Source of the DNA: Acidimicrobiales bacterium | Lineage (GTDB): Bacteria; Actinomycetota; Acidimicrobiia; Acidimicrobiales; RAAP-2 | Direction: 5' to 3' | NCBI GenBank assembly: GCA_049521915.1 | Contig: JBEKOI010000007.1 | Coordinates: 2,657 to 66,656 of the forward strand | DNA length: 64,000 nt | In this document: in pieces, positions 36,300 to 46,642 of the stretch | Numbering within the stretch: the stretch's first letter is position 1 | Layout: the number at the start of each line of letters is the position of its first letter | Notes under the pieces: generated by a model | What the model was told of the DNA's origin: nothing | Databases searched by the model: none | The model's input: only the letters and a program-made list of their open reading frames with translations | Translations under genes and position numbers: made by a program

Positions 36300-36390
36300 A
36301 GGCAGGTTGCGAAAGTCGGCGTGAGCCGGGGAAGGTAGTGGCGACTGCCGTCATCCCGGTGCGTCGTTCGGCGCTTGCCGCGCAGCCCTC

Positions 36391-37185
36391 TCAGGAGAAG
36401 GCTTCGATCAGGCCCTGAAGCATCCCTCCATCGACCAGGACATCGATGCCGGAGATGAAGGCGGCGTCCTCGGAGATCAGGAAGGCGACGACCGCGGCGA
36501 CCTCCTCGGACCGGCCCAGGCGCCCAAGAGGTGTCTTCTCCAGCATGACCTTCATGATCGGCTGCTGCTCCGCTTCCTGGCGACCCATGGGCGTATCGAT
36601 GAGACCTGGCGCCAGGGAGTTGACCCGACCGCCACGCCGGCCCCAGGCCACGGCCGCCCTGGCCGCCACGGCGATCACACCGCGCTTGGCCCACGCGTAG
36701 GCCATGCCGCTGTCGTCGAACCGTTCAGCCGCCACGTCGAGGAAACCCGGAGCGCGGGGCTCCGATACGAGTTTCTGGAGCTCGGCATCGACGCCCCGGA
36801 GGGCCACCTGGTACGCCGAGCTGGAAGAGAAGCACACGGCGGCCGTGCCCGGTTCGACCAGTGCCTCGAAGCTGTCGAGGAGCAGTGCCGTGCCCATGAG
36901 GTCGACCTCCAGGACGCGTCGCGCATCGGCCATGGTCGGCGACACGCCGGCAGCATGGACGAGCGCACGGAACGAGCCGAGCTCCCGCACCCTTTCCACG
37001 AGGCCGGCCACGCCGGCCGGGTCGGAGATGTCACAGGCCACCCCTACCGTTCCCTCGATCTGTGGCGCCTCGAGGTCGACGGCCACGAGGTGATCCTTCG
37101 TGGTGCCGCCGAGCCGCTCGACGCTGAGCCGGCCCATGCCGCTGGCCGCCCCTGTGATGACCGTGACCGTCATCGTTCTCTCCAC
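36391..37185 (-). CDS. Short-chain dehydrogenase/reductase (SDR)
   Basis: VITGAASGMG (TGxxxGxG) ... YAWAKRG (YxxxK) ... NSLAPGLIDTPM. Confidence 0.85.
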   Translation of the reverse strand: MERTMTVTVITGAASGMGRLSVERLGGTTKDHLVAVDLEAPQIEGTVGVACDISDPAGVAGLVERVRELGSFRALVHAAGVSPTMADARRVLEVDLMGTALLLDSFEALVEPGTAAVCFSSSSAYQVALRGVDAELQKLVSEPRAPGFLDVAAERFDDSGMAYAWAKRGVIAVAARAAVAWGRRGGRVNSLAPGLIDTPMGRQEAEQQPIMKVMLEKTPLGRLGRSEEVAAVVAFLISEDAAFISGIDVLVDGGMLQGLIEAFS

Positions 37186-37273
37186 GTCGTCGTCCGGAAC
37201 ACCGTGCCACGGTCACCTCGAGGATGTGGGGTGCCACTGGCCGGGGGATGGCTCGAGGGCCTCGGCACTACGC

Positions 37274-38182
37274 TCAAGCCCTCAGTCCGGCAAAGATCGG
37301 CGTCGCCGCCAGGTACCCGGTTCCGAGGAGCTCGATGTCGGGTGCACGCTCCTCGAAGGCCCGACGGATCGGCCCGAGGTCAGGGGGAGAGGAGAACCCG
37401 GGGAGCCAATTGTCGTGGTGACAGGGCACGACACGGCGCGCCCCGAGCATCTTGGCTTCGTCCACGACGAATCCGGCCAGCGATCCCTGCATCGGGTCCC
37501 CGTCGACATTGGCCCGCCCGGCGGCGGCGAGGATGGCGACGTCCGGGGTGAGACGCCCGAGTATGCCGCCCCACCGGCCGGAGGTGTCCTGGAACAGCAC
37601 CGATCCTTCAGGGGTCTCGAAGAGGTAGATGAACGCTCCGCCATCACCACGGTCGCTGTGACCCGGCGCGGCGGCCAGCAGATGCTCGATGGCCACCACG
37701 TCCAGTGAAGTGGTCAAGCGGGCCACCAGTTCCTTCATGCGCACGGCCTGCTCCTGCCAGGTGACCCCGAGGTCGCCGAGGCACACCTCGCCGGCGCCGA
37801 CGGCGTGGGTGCCGGTCCACAGGCAGGAGTGCAGGCTCGGGTAGACGGACACGACCACTCCCGCGCCCAGGTCGATCCGTTCGCCGCCCGCCACACAGAG
37901 CATGCGATCGAGAGGGACACCCGCCTGCTCGAGGAGGCGCACCGTCTCGTAGCTGCCGATCAGCCGGGCCCGGGTGCGGGCCATGATGCGTTCTGCACCC
38001 CAGAGGTGGTCGAAGTGGGAATGCCCGATGACGATCCAGTCACAGTCGTCGATGTCCTCCGCCGTGAGCCCGGAGCCCTCTGCGTTCGGGGCCCGGTCGA
38101 TGTAGGCGTCGAGGAACACGGTGAGGCCTGCGGTCCGGAGGCGGAAGGTCGCGCATCCATACCAGTCGAGGGTTGATGTCAT
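37274..38182 (-). CDS. MBL-fold metallo-hydrolase
   Basis: GHSHFDH (HxHxDH) and downstream His/Asp ligands, with beta-lactamase-fold-like spacing. Confidence 0.8.
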   Translation of the reverse strand: MTSTLDWYGCATFRLRTAGLTVFLDAYIDRAPNAEGSGLTAEDIDDCDWIVIGHSHFDHLWGAERIMARTRARLIGSYETVRLLEQAGVPLDRMLCVAGGERIDLGAGVVVSVYPSLHSCLWTGTHAVGAGEVCLGDLGVTWQEQAVRMKELVARLTTSLDVVAIEHLLAAAPGHSDRGDGGAFIYLFETPEGSVLFQDTSGRWGGILGRLTPDVAILAAAGRANVDGDPMQGSLAGFVVDEAKMLGARRVVPCHHDNWLPGFSSPPDLGPIRRAFEERAPDIELLGTGYLAATPIFAGLRA

Positions 38183-38232
38183 CCAGCGCCTCCAGTCAGG
38201 GTGCCACCGCTCAGTCGGACCTTAGGCCATCC

Positions 38233-41200
38233 TCAGCGGATCGTTCCCTCCGAACGTGGACGATCCGGATCCGCCCTCAGCCGCCTCCACGTCACGAGCA
38301 GGACGAGGCCGGCGACGATGGTCGCCAGGGTGCTCAGCGCCAGTCCGATCAGCGCCAGCTTCGGACGATAGACGAAGGTCACCATGGACCGCCCAGCCGG
38401 AACGGCGACCGTCTGCAGGATGCCGGACCTCCCGACCGGAAGGTGGGTCGTCGGCCCGATCGGCTTCCCGGCGCCGTCGACCGGGGTCAGTGTGGCCGAC
38501 CAGCCGCGCAGATAGGACTCGCTCCGGATCATCCGTGCACTCCTGGTCGCGTCGACCAGGTAGCTGTCGGTTCCCCACGGTGTCGTGCTGGTGCGTGTGA
38601 CAGCGCCGAAGGGACCCGCGGCGTCCGCACCTGCTTTCGGTGCGGGTGGACCCTTGTCGGCGGGGTCGGCACGGGGTGCGGTGAGCCAGGCCCACCCCTG
38701 CGATGCCGTGTTCTTGAAGACGGCGAAGGGTCCGATCATCATCGCGTAGCGCCAACGGGGCGACTGCACCTGGTTCTGGAGTACCCCCTTCAGATCGACC
38801 AGGCCGAAGTCGGCCGTATCCAGCCGGGGCGCGTCCAGCGTCACCGCCGCCTTTCCCGGGTTCCGCACCACGATGCCGGCCACCGGGGTGGCCGAGGGAA
38901 GGCTGACAGAGCGGACTCCGCTGCCCCCGGTGCCGCGTGGGGCGGTCGAACCGTCGGCCAGCCACCGGATCGAACCGCCCACGGTCACCACCCCGATCTC
39001 GAGTGCGCTCAAGCGTTCCATCGTCGCCGGAGCGGCCTGGTGGGAGGAGATCAACAGGATGGCCCGGAGGTCGGCGGTTCCGCCGGTGAACCAGGTGTGC
39101 GTACTCCCGGGACTCACGTCGACCCGCTGATCGCCCCCGGGGGCCACCGGTTGCTCAGTGTCCGGCCTCGGCACCGGGAGCCTCGATCGGGCCGGGTCAA
39201 CGGGGCTCATGAAGTAGCTCGGGAGGGACAGGAGGACGCCCAGGTTGAGCTGGTCCACCACAGGGGTGCTGAACACCCCCGGGGCCAGTTCGTCCTGGCC
39301 GTGGGCTCCGGTTGCTTCGAAGTAGCTCTTGGCCACCAGCGCGGTGTAGTCCTCGACGGTGGGAAGTCTGCGCAGGACGTTGAGGTCGTCGTGACCGAGA
39401 CTCAGGAGCTGGTCGTAGTCGTAGAGGTCGGGGTCGTACACGGCGAACCGGCTTCCGGTTCCTGTCACCGCCGCCAGCTGAGTGGCCAGGGCGCCGCTCT
39501 GGGTCACCACGGTCGGAGGTACCGGCGGTCGGAGCACGAAGAGGTTGAAGACCAAGAGGTCGGCGACCATCACCACCGCGGTCAGGCGTGCTGTTCGTGC
39601 CGCGGTCAGCCGGTGTCCGTACCGGGCCAGCCCGCCGATGGCGACAGCGAAGATCGCAGCCAAGGTGGCCAGGACGGCCGGGGTGATCAGGTCACCCCGA
39701 CTGACACGGAACTGGTCGCCGATGAACCGGGGCAACCCGTCGGCCAGCCACGGTGTGACCGACGCCCACTCGGCCACGGCCAACAGCACGACGAGGCCGA
39801 TGGGCAGGGCGACGGCGAGCCGTTCGTAGCGGGTCCGCGGCCGATGACCCGGTGAAGGGGCTCTGGGGCCACCTGCGGCGCCGTCCCCGTCGACGGCCGG
39901 AACGCGGTCTGCGCCACCGTCGCCGCGTCGTAGGAGGGCCAGATCCACCCACCACGACAGGAGGACCACCAGAGCGACGTCCACGATGAGCAGGTTCCGG
40001 TTCAACAATCGCTGCTGGTTCAGGAACGGGATCAGGTACTCGAGCCGGCCGACGGGGGTGTGCCCGCCCCACGCCAGGAGAAGTCCGAGTGCGAGCACCA
40101 CGTACCACACCCGCCACAGCCGGGCGCTCTCATGTCGCCGCCAGCGGCGGCCCAACAGTGCGAACGCGGCGATGACCCCGATCACACCGACGTACCCCGC
40201 CATCTCGGGGAAGGTGAAGGGACCGAACCAGAAGCTGGGATGCTGCAGGTTGGTGCCCATGAGGAACGGTGAGAACAGCAAGGTGGTGAGTCGGATGGGC
40301 CAGGATCCCGATGTGAAGAAGGCGTAGTTGGGCACCGCCCGCTGGGACAAGTGGGAGAACGCCCATCCGGGCAGCCACTGCGCGGCACCCAGCATCAGGG
40401 CACCGACCATGCCGGCGGCAATGGCCGTCAGATACGGGACCCGCCGGCCCTTCGGCAGTCGCCGAAGGAGCCAGACGGCGTAGATGACAGCCAGGACGCC
40501 TCCGTCCATGAAGGCCTCGGGTGCCCCGGCCAGGATGGAGAGGCCGAAGGACACGGCGAGGAGGGCGGTGAACCGGATCCGCTGCAGCCGGGCTGTTCGC
40601 AGCGGTCCCCCTCCTCCCCCTGCCGTCGCACCGAGGTCCCGGGCGAGGCCGATGTCCAGGGACGTGGCGAACATGCCGTCCAGGGCGAGAAGGACCCAGG
40701 GCAACCATGCCGCCCCCTGGATCAGATCGATGTGGACGAACTGTGCACTCATGAAGCCGCCGAGCATGAAGGTCGCCGCTCCCAGGGTGGAGGCCCGCTT
40801 GGACAGGGTCTGTCGCCGGAGGAAGACGAACATCCCGAACAGTGCCACCTCGTAGACGAGGATGACATTGACGACCCAGGCACCTTGGGCCGGGAGCACG
40901 GCGAAGAGCCACGTGCCCGGATAGGCCGCACCCGCGTTGAACCCGCCGAGCAACGCCGTCCCGCCGGCCACGTACGGATTCCACAGCGGAAGCTGGCCGT
41001 GGCGGAGATCCACGCCGACCAATGCCCGGAGCGGGAAGTTCTGGATGAGGTTGTCCGCCTCCATGAGGACGTGACCCGAGGCCGCGAATCCTCCGAACAC
41101 CAGAATCGGCAGTGCGGCTACGACCAGGAGTCCGGGGTGGGCCCGGATCCAGTGTCTACGCGGGACGGCTGGAGCCGTGAGGGGGGCACGAACCAGGCTG

Positions 41201-41265
41201 TCGGGTCGAGGGGGATCGGCGCCGAGCTCCTCGACGGTCCTGTCGGCAAGATCTCGAACTGTCAT
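38233..41265 (-). CDS. Large polytopic membrane protein, YfhO-like / GT-C-type putative glycosyltransferase
   Basis: 1010 aa. The N-terminal two-thirds has at least 12 TMs and an early motif NLIQNFPLRALVGVDLRHGQLPLWNPYVAGGTALLGG reminiscent of YfhO. The C-terminal third is a soluble extracytoplasmic domain followed by a final TM. Confidence 0.65.
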   Translation of the reverse strand: MTVRDLADRTVEELGADPPRPDSLVRAPLTAPAVPRRHWIRAHPGLLVVAALPILVFGGFAASGHVLMEADNLIQNFPLRALVGVDLRHGQLPLWNPYVAGGTALLGGFNAGAAYPGTWLFAVLPAQGAWVVNVILVYEVALFGMFVFLRRQTLSKRASTLGAATFMLGGFMSAQFVHIDLIQGAAWLPWVLLALDGMFATSLDIGLARDLGATAGGGGGPLRTARLQRIRFTALLAVSFGLSILAGAPEAFMDGGVLAVIYAVWLLRRLPKGRRVPYLTAIAAGMVGALMLGAAQWLPGWAFSHLSQRAVPNYAFFTSGSWPIRLTTLLFSPFLMGTNLQHPSFWFGPFTFPEMAGYVGVIGVIAAFALLGRRWRRHESARLWRVWYVVLALGLLLAWGGHTPVGRLEYLIPFLNQQRLLNRNLLIVDVALVVLLSWWVDLALLRRGDGGADRVPAVDGDGAAGGPRAPSPGHRPRTRYERLAVALPIGLVVLLAVAEWASVTPWLADGLPRFIGDQFRVSRGDLITPAVLATLAAIFAVAIGGLARYGHRLTAARTARLTAVVMVADLLVFNLFVLRPPVPPTVVTQSGALATQLAAVTGTGSRFAVYDPDLYDYDQLLSLGHDDLNVLRRLPTVEDYTALVAKSYFEATGAHGQDELAPGVFSTPVVDQLNLGVLLSLPSYFMSPVDPARSRLPVPRPDTEQPVAPGGDQRVDVSPGSTHTWFTGGTADLRAILLISSHQAAPATMERLSALEIGVVTVGGSIRWLADGSTAPRGTGGSGVRSVSLPSATPVAGIVVRNPGKAAVTLDAPRLDTADFGLVDLKGVLQNQVQSPRWRYAMMIGPFAVFKNTASQGWAWLTAPRADPADKGPPAPKAGADAAGPFGAVTRTSTTPWGTDSYLVDATRSARMIRSESYLRGWSATLTPVDGAGKPIGPTTHLPVGRSGILQTVAVPAGRSMVTFVYRPKLALIGLALSTLATIVAGLVLLVTWRRLRADPDRPRSEGTIR

Positions 41266-41519
41266 CGGGACAGATGGTGGCGGATCCGGTTCGACCAGCT
41301 CATCTCGACCAAGTCATCCTCGTCAATTCGTTGCCAACGGAATCGCCGGGACGGCGCGCCTGCGCACCGGGGGAATGGACGGTGCGCTCCTCGGGTGCGG
41401 CGGCCATCCGGGCGGCCGGCAAGTCTTGTGCCTCCGAGGATGGCTGCCCAGGCTTGGAAGATCCTTGCGTCGGCCTGTGTGATCCCTGAGAAGCTCGACC
41501 AGGCCACGGCGGCGTCGTC

Positions 41520-42875
41520 ATGCGCCACTCGTCATGGCGGCGTGGGGCACCGATGGGCGCGGTCTACCATCGGACCCTGATGTCCCCGGCGCCCGTACCC
41601 CAGGTACCCCCACCGCAGACCCGGGGGGACCCGGCCTGGTGGAACCTGACCCTGTGGGCGGTGGGTTCGGTGTCGGCCGCTCTGGCCTCGGCCGGCGCCA
41701 TCGGTTTGGCCGTGAACCGCCTCCAGCTGGACATGGCCGTCTATCTGTTGGGTGGGAGAAACCTCGTCAACGGCCAGCTCTACCTCGTCGGGCTTCCCCA
41801 TCCGCCCCATCTGCCTTTCACGTACCCACCGTTCGCCGCACTCGTGTTCGCCCCGTTGTCGGCCCTGCCCGAGAGCTGGGCCCAGGTGATCTGGGCCGTG
41901 ATCAACGTGGTCGGCCTGTTCGCGCTGGTGCTGCTTTCGCTGCGGGCCGCCCTTCCCACGCTCGGACGTCACCGACTGGTGCAGTGGTCGCTGGTCCTGA
42001 TGGGCCCGGCCTACGTCATGGAGCCGGTCCGGCTGACGTTGAGCTTCGGCCAGGTCAACATCGTGTTGGCCGCCATGGTGCTGGGCGATCTCACGGCCCA
42101 GTGGCACCTCGGCAGGCGGACCCTGCCCCGTGGTGTGCTGGTCGGCATTGCGGCTTCCATCAAGTTGGTGCCGTTGGTCTTCGTGCCCTACCTCTTTGTC
42201 ACCCGGCAGACGCGCGCCGCCTGGGTGGCGCTTTGCACCTTCGTGGCGTGCTCGGTGCTGACCGCATGCACTGACCCGGCGGCCTCGTGGTCCTACTGGA
42301 CGAAGTACGCCACCGACGCCCAGCGGGTGGGCGGCGTCTTCTACATCAGCAACCAGAGCCTGAGGGCGGTCGCCGATCGACTCGACCACCAGGTGGTGTC
42401 GACCGGTCTGATCACCGGAGCCAGTTTGGTCGTCGTCGTCGTCGGTGTCGCCCTGGCCGCCTGGGCCTACCGGTCATCCTCGCCCTTCCTCGGGGTGCTC
42501 GTCTGCGCCACCACCGGGCTGCTGGCCTCCCCGATCAGCTGGGCTCACCACCTGGTCTGGGTGGTGCCGATCCTCATCTGGTTGGCCTGTGCGCCCGACC
42601 GACCCCGCGGCGGTCCCGTCTGGGCGGTGGCCGGGGCCGCTCTCTTCTACTGGGCCCCGATCTGGAAGGTGCCGAACGGCGCCAACCAGGAGCTGTCGGA
42701 GCACGGGTGGCAGTTGCTCGAGGGGAACTCCTTCTTCTTTGCCATCGTGGTCTTCATGGTGGGCGTGGCGGTGATGCTGTGGATGCGACGCACCGTGGCT
42801 CCCCCTGCCCGGGCGACGGGCTCTGAGTTGGATGTCGCCGACGTGCAGTCAACGGCCGGAGTGGCGGAGGAGTAG
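41520..42875 (+). CDS. GT87/DUF2029-family polyprenol-phosphate-mannose-dependent mannosyltransferase-like protein
   Basis: DMAVYLLGGRNLVNGQLYLVG...FTYPPFAALVFAPL... plus about 10 TMs, as in PimE/GT87 proteins. The start is uncertain. Confidence 0.7.
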   Translation: MRHSSWRRGAPMGAVYHRTLMSPAPVPQVPPPQTRGDPAWWNLTLWAVGSVSAALASAGAIGLAVNRLQLDMAVYLLGGRNLVNGQLYLVGLPHPPHLPFTYPPFAALVFAPLSALPESWAQVIWAVINVVGLFALVLLSLRAALPTLGRHRLVQWSLVLMGPAYVMEPVRLTLSFGQVNIVLAAMVLGDLTAQWHLGRRTLPRGVLVGIAASIKLVPLVFVPYLFVTRQTRAAWVALCTFVACSVLTACTDPAASWSYWTKYATDAQRVGGVFYISNQSLRAVADRLDHQVVSTGLITGASLVVVVVGVALAAWAYRSSSPFLGVLVCATTGLLASPISWAHHLVWVVPILIWLACAPDRPRGGPVWAVAGAALFYWAPIWKVPNGANQELSEHGWQLLEGNSFFFAIVVFMVGVAVMLWMRRTVAPPARATGSELDVADVQSTAGVAEE

Positions 42876-42947
42876 CGGCAGAGTGGCGGACAGCGGCGGA
42901 CAGCGGCGGACAGCGGGACGGTCGAGTCCGGTCGCCGCCGACGACGA

Positions 42948-44240
42948 TCAGGGGAACACCGCGGTCGAGCCCAGTTCGAGGACCGTCATGGCCGCGAGGA
43001 GCAGCACGCTGATCACCACCGCCGCGGTGTAGAGGCGGCCACGGAGGCGGATTCCGTACGCCAGCACCAGGGGAAACGCCAACATGATGAAGCGGGGCCG
43101 CAGCCCGACGGGCGAGGACACCGCCGCCAGCAGGCCGGCCGCCAGTCCATAGATGAGGACGGGTGCCGGCTGTGGCTCCCGGATGGCCAGGACGGCACCG
43201 ACCACCGCCACGGCGGTGCCGGCCACGAGGATCTGTCCAGTCTCGGTGGGCGCGGCGGGATTGAAGAGGAAGGTGGTGACGACATGGATCGGATAGGTGA
43301 GCGACGGCCCACTCTTCCAGCCTCCGCGTTCGGTCAGCCTCCACGCCGACAGGACCCCGGTGTGCCCCCACAGCCAGGCCATGTAGGCGATGAACCCGAG
43401 CGGGGCCAGGACCGGGGCGATGAGGGCATGCCAGGTCCGGTGACGGAGGACCTCCCGGCCCGCACACCACGCGCAGCTCAACACGAAGGCCAGGGCGATG
43501 GGCGAGGCCGCCGTGGCCACCAGGCCCAGGAGCCCCGCCAGCCACCACTGCCGGCGGAGCAGCGCCAGGAGTCCGAAGGCCACGCATGTGATGACGATGC
43601 CCTCGGCATAGGCGAGGCTGAAGACGAAGGTGCCCGGGAACACCGCGAACAACAAGGTGGCCCGAGTGGCGCTCGGGCTGTCGCGGTAGCGGCGGACGAG
43701 CATGCCGACGGCGACCACAGCGGTCAGTCCCGTGACCCCACTGATCACGAGCCCCACCACGAGGGGAGAGAGCCTGGTGAGCTCGGTCAGCCAGCGGATG
43801 CCGAGGGGGAGGGCGGGGAAGAAGGCAATGGTGTTCCTGGCCACGTGGCCGTGGGCCATGGGCAGGTGACCCGGCCATCCGTGCAGGGCGGCGCGGATGA
43901 ACCACTGACCGTCCCAGATGTAGAGGTCGGCGTGTAACGACTTGTGGGTGAAGCCGTCGAAGGCGGCGGCACCGGCCACCGTCGCCGCCCGGGCCACCAG
44001 GTAGGCGAGGACGGGCCAGAACAGGAACCACTGGCGAATGCCCTGGGCCGCGGTCCTTCCGGACTCGTCGCCCTCCGGCGTCACGACGGGCTCCGGCGTG
44101 CCCCGACCGGTGTCGTTGAGCACGATGGAGGTCGCCGTCGGATGCCCGTTGCCTGCGTGGGTTGCGGGGACGGCGTCCGCCCCGGTGTCCGTGGCCGAAC
44201 CCGCATCGGCGCCGAACGACGACTCAGGCGGCATGACCAC
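42948..44240 (-). CDS. GT-C-fold membrane mannosyltransferase-like protein (PIG-V-like)
   Basis: 430 aa, polytopic. LHADLYIWDGQWFIRAALHGWPGHLP in the first loop resembles PIG-V/GT76-like proteins. Weakest of the four GT-C calls. Confidence 0.55.
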   Translation of the reverse strand: MVMPPESSFGADAGSATDTGADAVPATHAGNGHPTATSIVLNDTGRGTPEPVVTPEGDESGRTAAQGIRQWFLFWPVLAYLVARAATVAGAAAFDGFTHKSLHADLYIWDGQWFIRAALHGWPGHLPMAHGHVARNTIAFFPALPLGIRWLTELTRLSPLVVGLVISGVTGLTAVVAVGMLVRRYRDSPSATRATLLFAVFPGTFVFSLAYAEGIVITCVAFGLLALLRRQWWLAGLLGLVATAASPIALAFVLSCAWCAGREVLRHRTWHALIAPVLAPLGFIAYMAWLWGHTGVLSAWRLTERGGWKSGPSLTYPIHVVTTFLFNPAAPTETGQILVAGTAVAVVGAVLAIREPQPAPVLIYGLAAGLLAAVSSPVGLRPRFIMLAFPLVLAYGIRLRGRLYTAAVVISVLLLAAMTVLELGSTAVFP

Positions 44241-45681
44241 TGACCACCAGTCGCCAATGCCGGTTCCACACCAGCCATGCGCAGGCTCCGAGCAGCACCG
44301 GGGCGATCACGAAGTACGCCTTGCCGCTGAGCATGGGGGCACCCCCCGGCCCTACCACCAGCATGGACAGACCGGCCACCGCGGCCAGTATCTTCGAACG
44401 TTGGGCGGATGTCGTGGCCAGGATGGCCAGCCCCCACATGAGGTACCAGGGCCACACGGTCGGACTGCCCACCACGATGAGCATCAGGGTCAGCCCCAGC
44501 ACCCGGACCATGTCGAGTCGGTGGGCGTTGAAGATCAACCAGACGGCACCGGCCACCGCAGCCAGCTCGCACACCAGCTGGGTGGCCGTCACCGTGGGGC
44601 TCAGGGCGACCGGAACCCCGACCGCATGGAGGACCGAGTGGAAGAACGCCCCGATGGCCACGGCCGGTGTCGAGAGCACCCGCAGCTCGGTCGGGATGCG
44701 GAGTGCGGTGGGTCCGAGCCAGGTCCAGCCGAACCCGGCGGCCGCGGTGATGCCGACCACCACGACCACCGGGACCACGACGGCCTCGATCACGACCCGC
44801 CACCGCCGATCGCCGGTGCTCGACCGGAACTGGTCCACGGCGATGAACACGATGGCCGCGGCGGCGGGGATCTTGATGGTGGCGGCGAGGGCGATGAGGG
44901 CCACCCCCAGGGCCAGGCGACCTTCGAGGGCCAGGGTCACACCGGCAAGCAGCAGGCCGACCATCAGTGCATCGTTGTGCCCGGAGGCGATGAAGCTCAG
45001 GAGGGCCAACGGGCTGAGTGCGCCGAGCCACAGGGCCAGCCCCGGGTCGTTGCCGAGCCGGCGCGACAGTCGCGGCAGGGAGACCATCACCATGGCCACG
45101 CCGGCCAGCTCGACCAGCCGGAACACCAGGACCTGGGCGATGAGGGACGAGCCGGTGAGACCGGTCGCCACCCGGCTCACACTCACGAACAGCGGGCCGT
45201 ACGGGGAAGCGGTGTTGCGCCACACCATGGCGATGGAGGCCAGAAGGGGGCCGTTGCCGAGCCTGGAGGGTGGGACCGAGTACGGGTTGAGGCCGTGGTG
45301 CGCCAGGAGTCCCTGTCCGATGTAGCTGTAGATGTCACGGCTGAAGATCGGGGGACCGGCCAGCAGGGGGAGGCCCCACAGCGCGAGGATCAGCCATGAC
45401 CGCCGGACCGTGAGCCGGCCGGCGCGGGCGTGGTAGCCGACGCCGACCCACCCGCCGATGAGCAGGACCACGGACACGTAGAAGCCGAGTTGGGCCGCCG
45501 CGGACACGCCGCCGGATACGTTGAACCACCAACGGTTGTCACCGGGGCGGGGAATGGCCCCGATGCGGGTCCCGAGCACGGCCACCCCGATCGAACCGAC
45601 GACGCCGACGCCGATCCACAGGTTGATCGACTGGACCACCCGGTTCAGTCGGGCTCCTTGCACCGCGGTGGGCGCTCCCAC
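44224..45681 (-). CDS. MptB-like polyprenol-phosphomannose-dependent alpha-1,6-mannosyltransferase (GT-C)
   Basis: GPPIFSRDIYSYIGQGLLAHHGLNPYSVPP is the loop motif I associate with MptA/MptB-type enzymes, and the protein has at least 12 TMs. Start chosen at the GTG at 45681, 7 nt after aaggag. The tracked ORF extends to 45882, only 11 nt from the tRNA. Confidence 0.7.
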   Translation of the reverse strand: MGAPTAVQGARLNRVVQSINLWIGVGVVGSIGVAVLGTRIGAIPRPGDNRWWFNVSGGVSAAAQLGFYVSVVLLIGGWVGVGYHARAGRLTVRRSWLILALWGLPLLAGPPIFSRDIYSYIGQGLLAHHGLNPYSVPPSRLGNGPLLASIAMVWRNTASPYGPLFVSVSRVATGLTGSSLIAQVLVFRLVELAGVAMVMVSLPRLSRRLGNDPGLALWLGALSPLALLSFIASGHNDALMVGLLLAGVTLALEGRLALGVALIALAATIKIPAAAAIVFIAVDQFRSSTGDRRWRVVIEAVVVPVVVVVGITAAAGFGWTWLGPTALRIPTELRVLSTPAVAIGAFFHSVLHAVGVPVALSPTVTATQLVCELAAVAGAVWLIFNAHRLDMVRVLGLTLMLIVVGSPTVWPWYLMWGLAILATTSAQRSKILAAVAGLSMLVVGPGGAPMLSGKAYFVIAPVLLGACAWLVWNRHWRLVVSGHAA

Positions 45682-45892
45682 ATGGCTCCTTGTCGTCGTC
45701 CCGCCCCACATTGACGTTCCGTCGGAACGATACCGCCCGGGTGGTCGGCTCGTGGAGTCGGCTCCGGATGCCCCCGGAAAGCGGATCGGGGTGGGCGGAC
45801 CGGGGCCGGCCGGCACGGCGGCGAAGGGGATTGTCAAGGGATGGCCTCCGGTCGGACCTCGGCGGTCTCGACCGGAAACCACCCCTGAAGTG

Positions 45893-45977
45893 CGGAGGGA
45901 GTGGGATTCGAACCCACGGTGCCTTGCGACACAACGGTTTTCGAGACCGTCCGATTCGTCCGCTCTCGCATCCCTCC
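45893..45977 (-). tRNA. tRNA-Ser (anticodon CGA)
   Basis: The reverse strand reads GGAGGGA-TG-...-ACGGT CTCGAAA ACCGT-long variable arm-GTGGG TTCGAATC CCCAC-TCCCTCC-G. It has a 7-bp acceptor stem, a 5-bp anticodon stem with CGA in the loop and the canonical T-loop. CCA is not encoded. Confidence 0.9.
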
Positions 45978-46082
45978 GTACCTGGTCAGAGGCTAGTTAT
46001 GACGGCTAGCCCTGGACCGAGCATCGCGTTCGTCCTAATCCCTGTCCGAATCTGCCTGGATGGCAGATCGGAAGGGGCCAGG

Positions 46083-46540
46083 ATGAGCACCAGGCAATCA
46101 TATGGCAGTGGATCTATAAGCAAACGCGCTCCCGACGTTTGACGCCTGCGTGTCATGGTCGATGGCAAACAGGTACAACCGACGTTCCGAGGCACCGAGG
46201 CGGCGGCAGGCAAGGCACTCCGCAAGTTGGAATTCCAGGCGCCAGAGCCGGCGGCGCCCGATCCTCGTGTGCGGACGGTGGGCGACTTGCTCACCGAATT
46301 GCTCGGATTCCATCGGACCCGCGGCCGCTCCTCCAAAGACGGTCGCCGAATACGAGTCCATCGCTCCGGTTTGCCCCGCATGACGCCCCTGCCCGGGCAT
46401 TTCACGGGGGCCTCAGCCAGCAACCCGGCGAGACCTGGGCCGTCGCCCAAAATGTTCGGCTTACGACACAGCGCCCGCGAGCGTCACTGAGGATACACAT
46501 GTGGAACTGTCAGGCGAGTGGCCGACCGAGCTCCTGAATG
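46083..46540 (+). pseudogene. Tyrosine-recombinase (phage integrase) N-terminal remnant, frameshifted and truncated
   Basis: Three successive frames give MSTRQSYGSGSISKRAPDV*, then VDGKQVQPTFRGTEAAAGKALRKLEF...VRTVGDLLTELLGFHRTRGRS, then PKTVAEYESI... Together these resemble the arm-binding/SAM-like N-terminus of integrases. No catalytic R..HxxR..Y domain follows. Confidence 0.4.
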
Positions 46541-46642
46541 CACAGATCGCTAGAAGGGGGCGAATAGGGGCCCAGGCTGATCACCCATTTGGGACACAGG
46601 GAGACTGGAGCAAGAGCTCAACGAGTGGGACGATTCGATCCG

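Noticed and set aside
42885-42914. 10-bp tandem repeat ggcggacagc x3 between the convergent GT87 and PIG-V-like genes.
   Set aside because: It is short, intergenic and between two 3' ends, with no associated structure or ORF. It is most likely slippage debris and not worth a functional claim.
45893-46540. Canonical tRNA-targeted integration, with attL inside the tRNA 3' end.
   Set aside because: The island and integrase relic lie on the 5' side of the minus-strand tRNA-Ser, and I found no duplicated tRNA segment near 60.1 kb by eye. The tRNA may therefore only be a neighbour, not the integration site. The island call rests on composition and mobile-gene relics.
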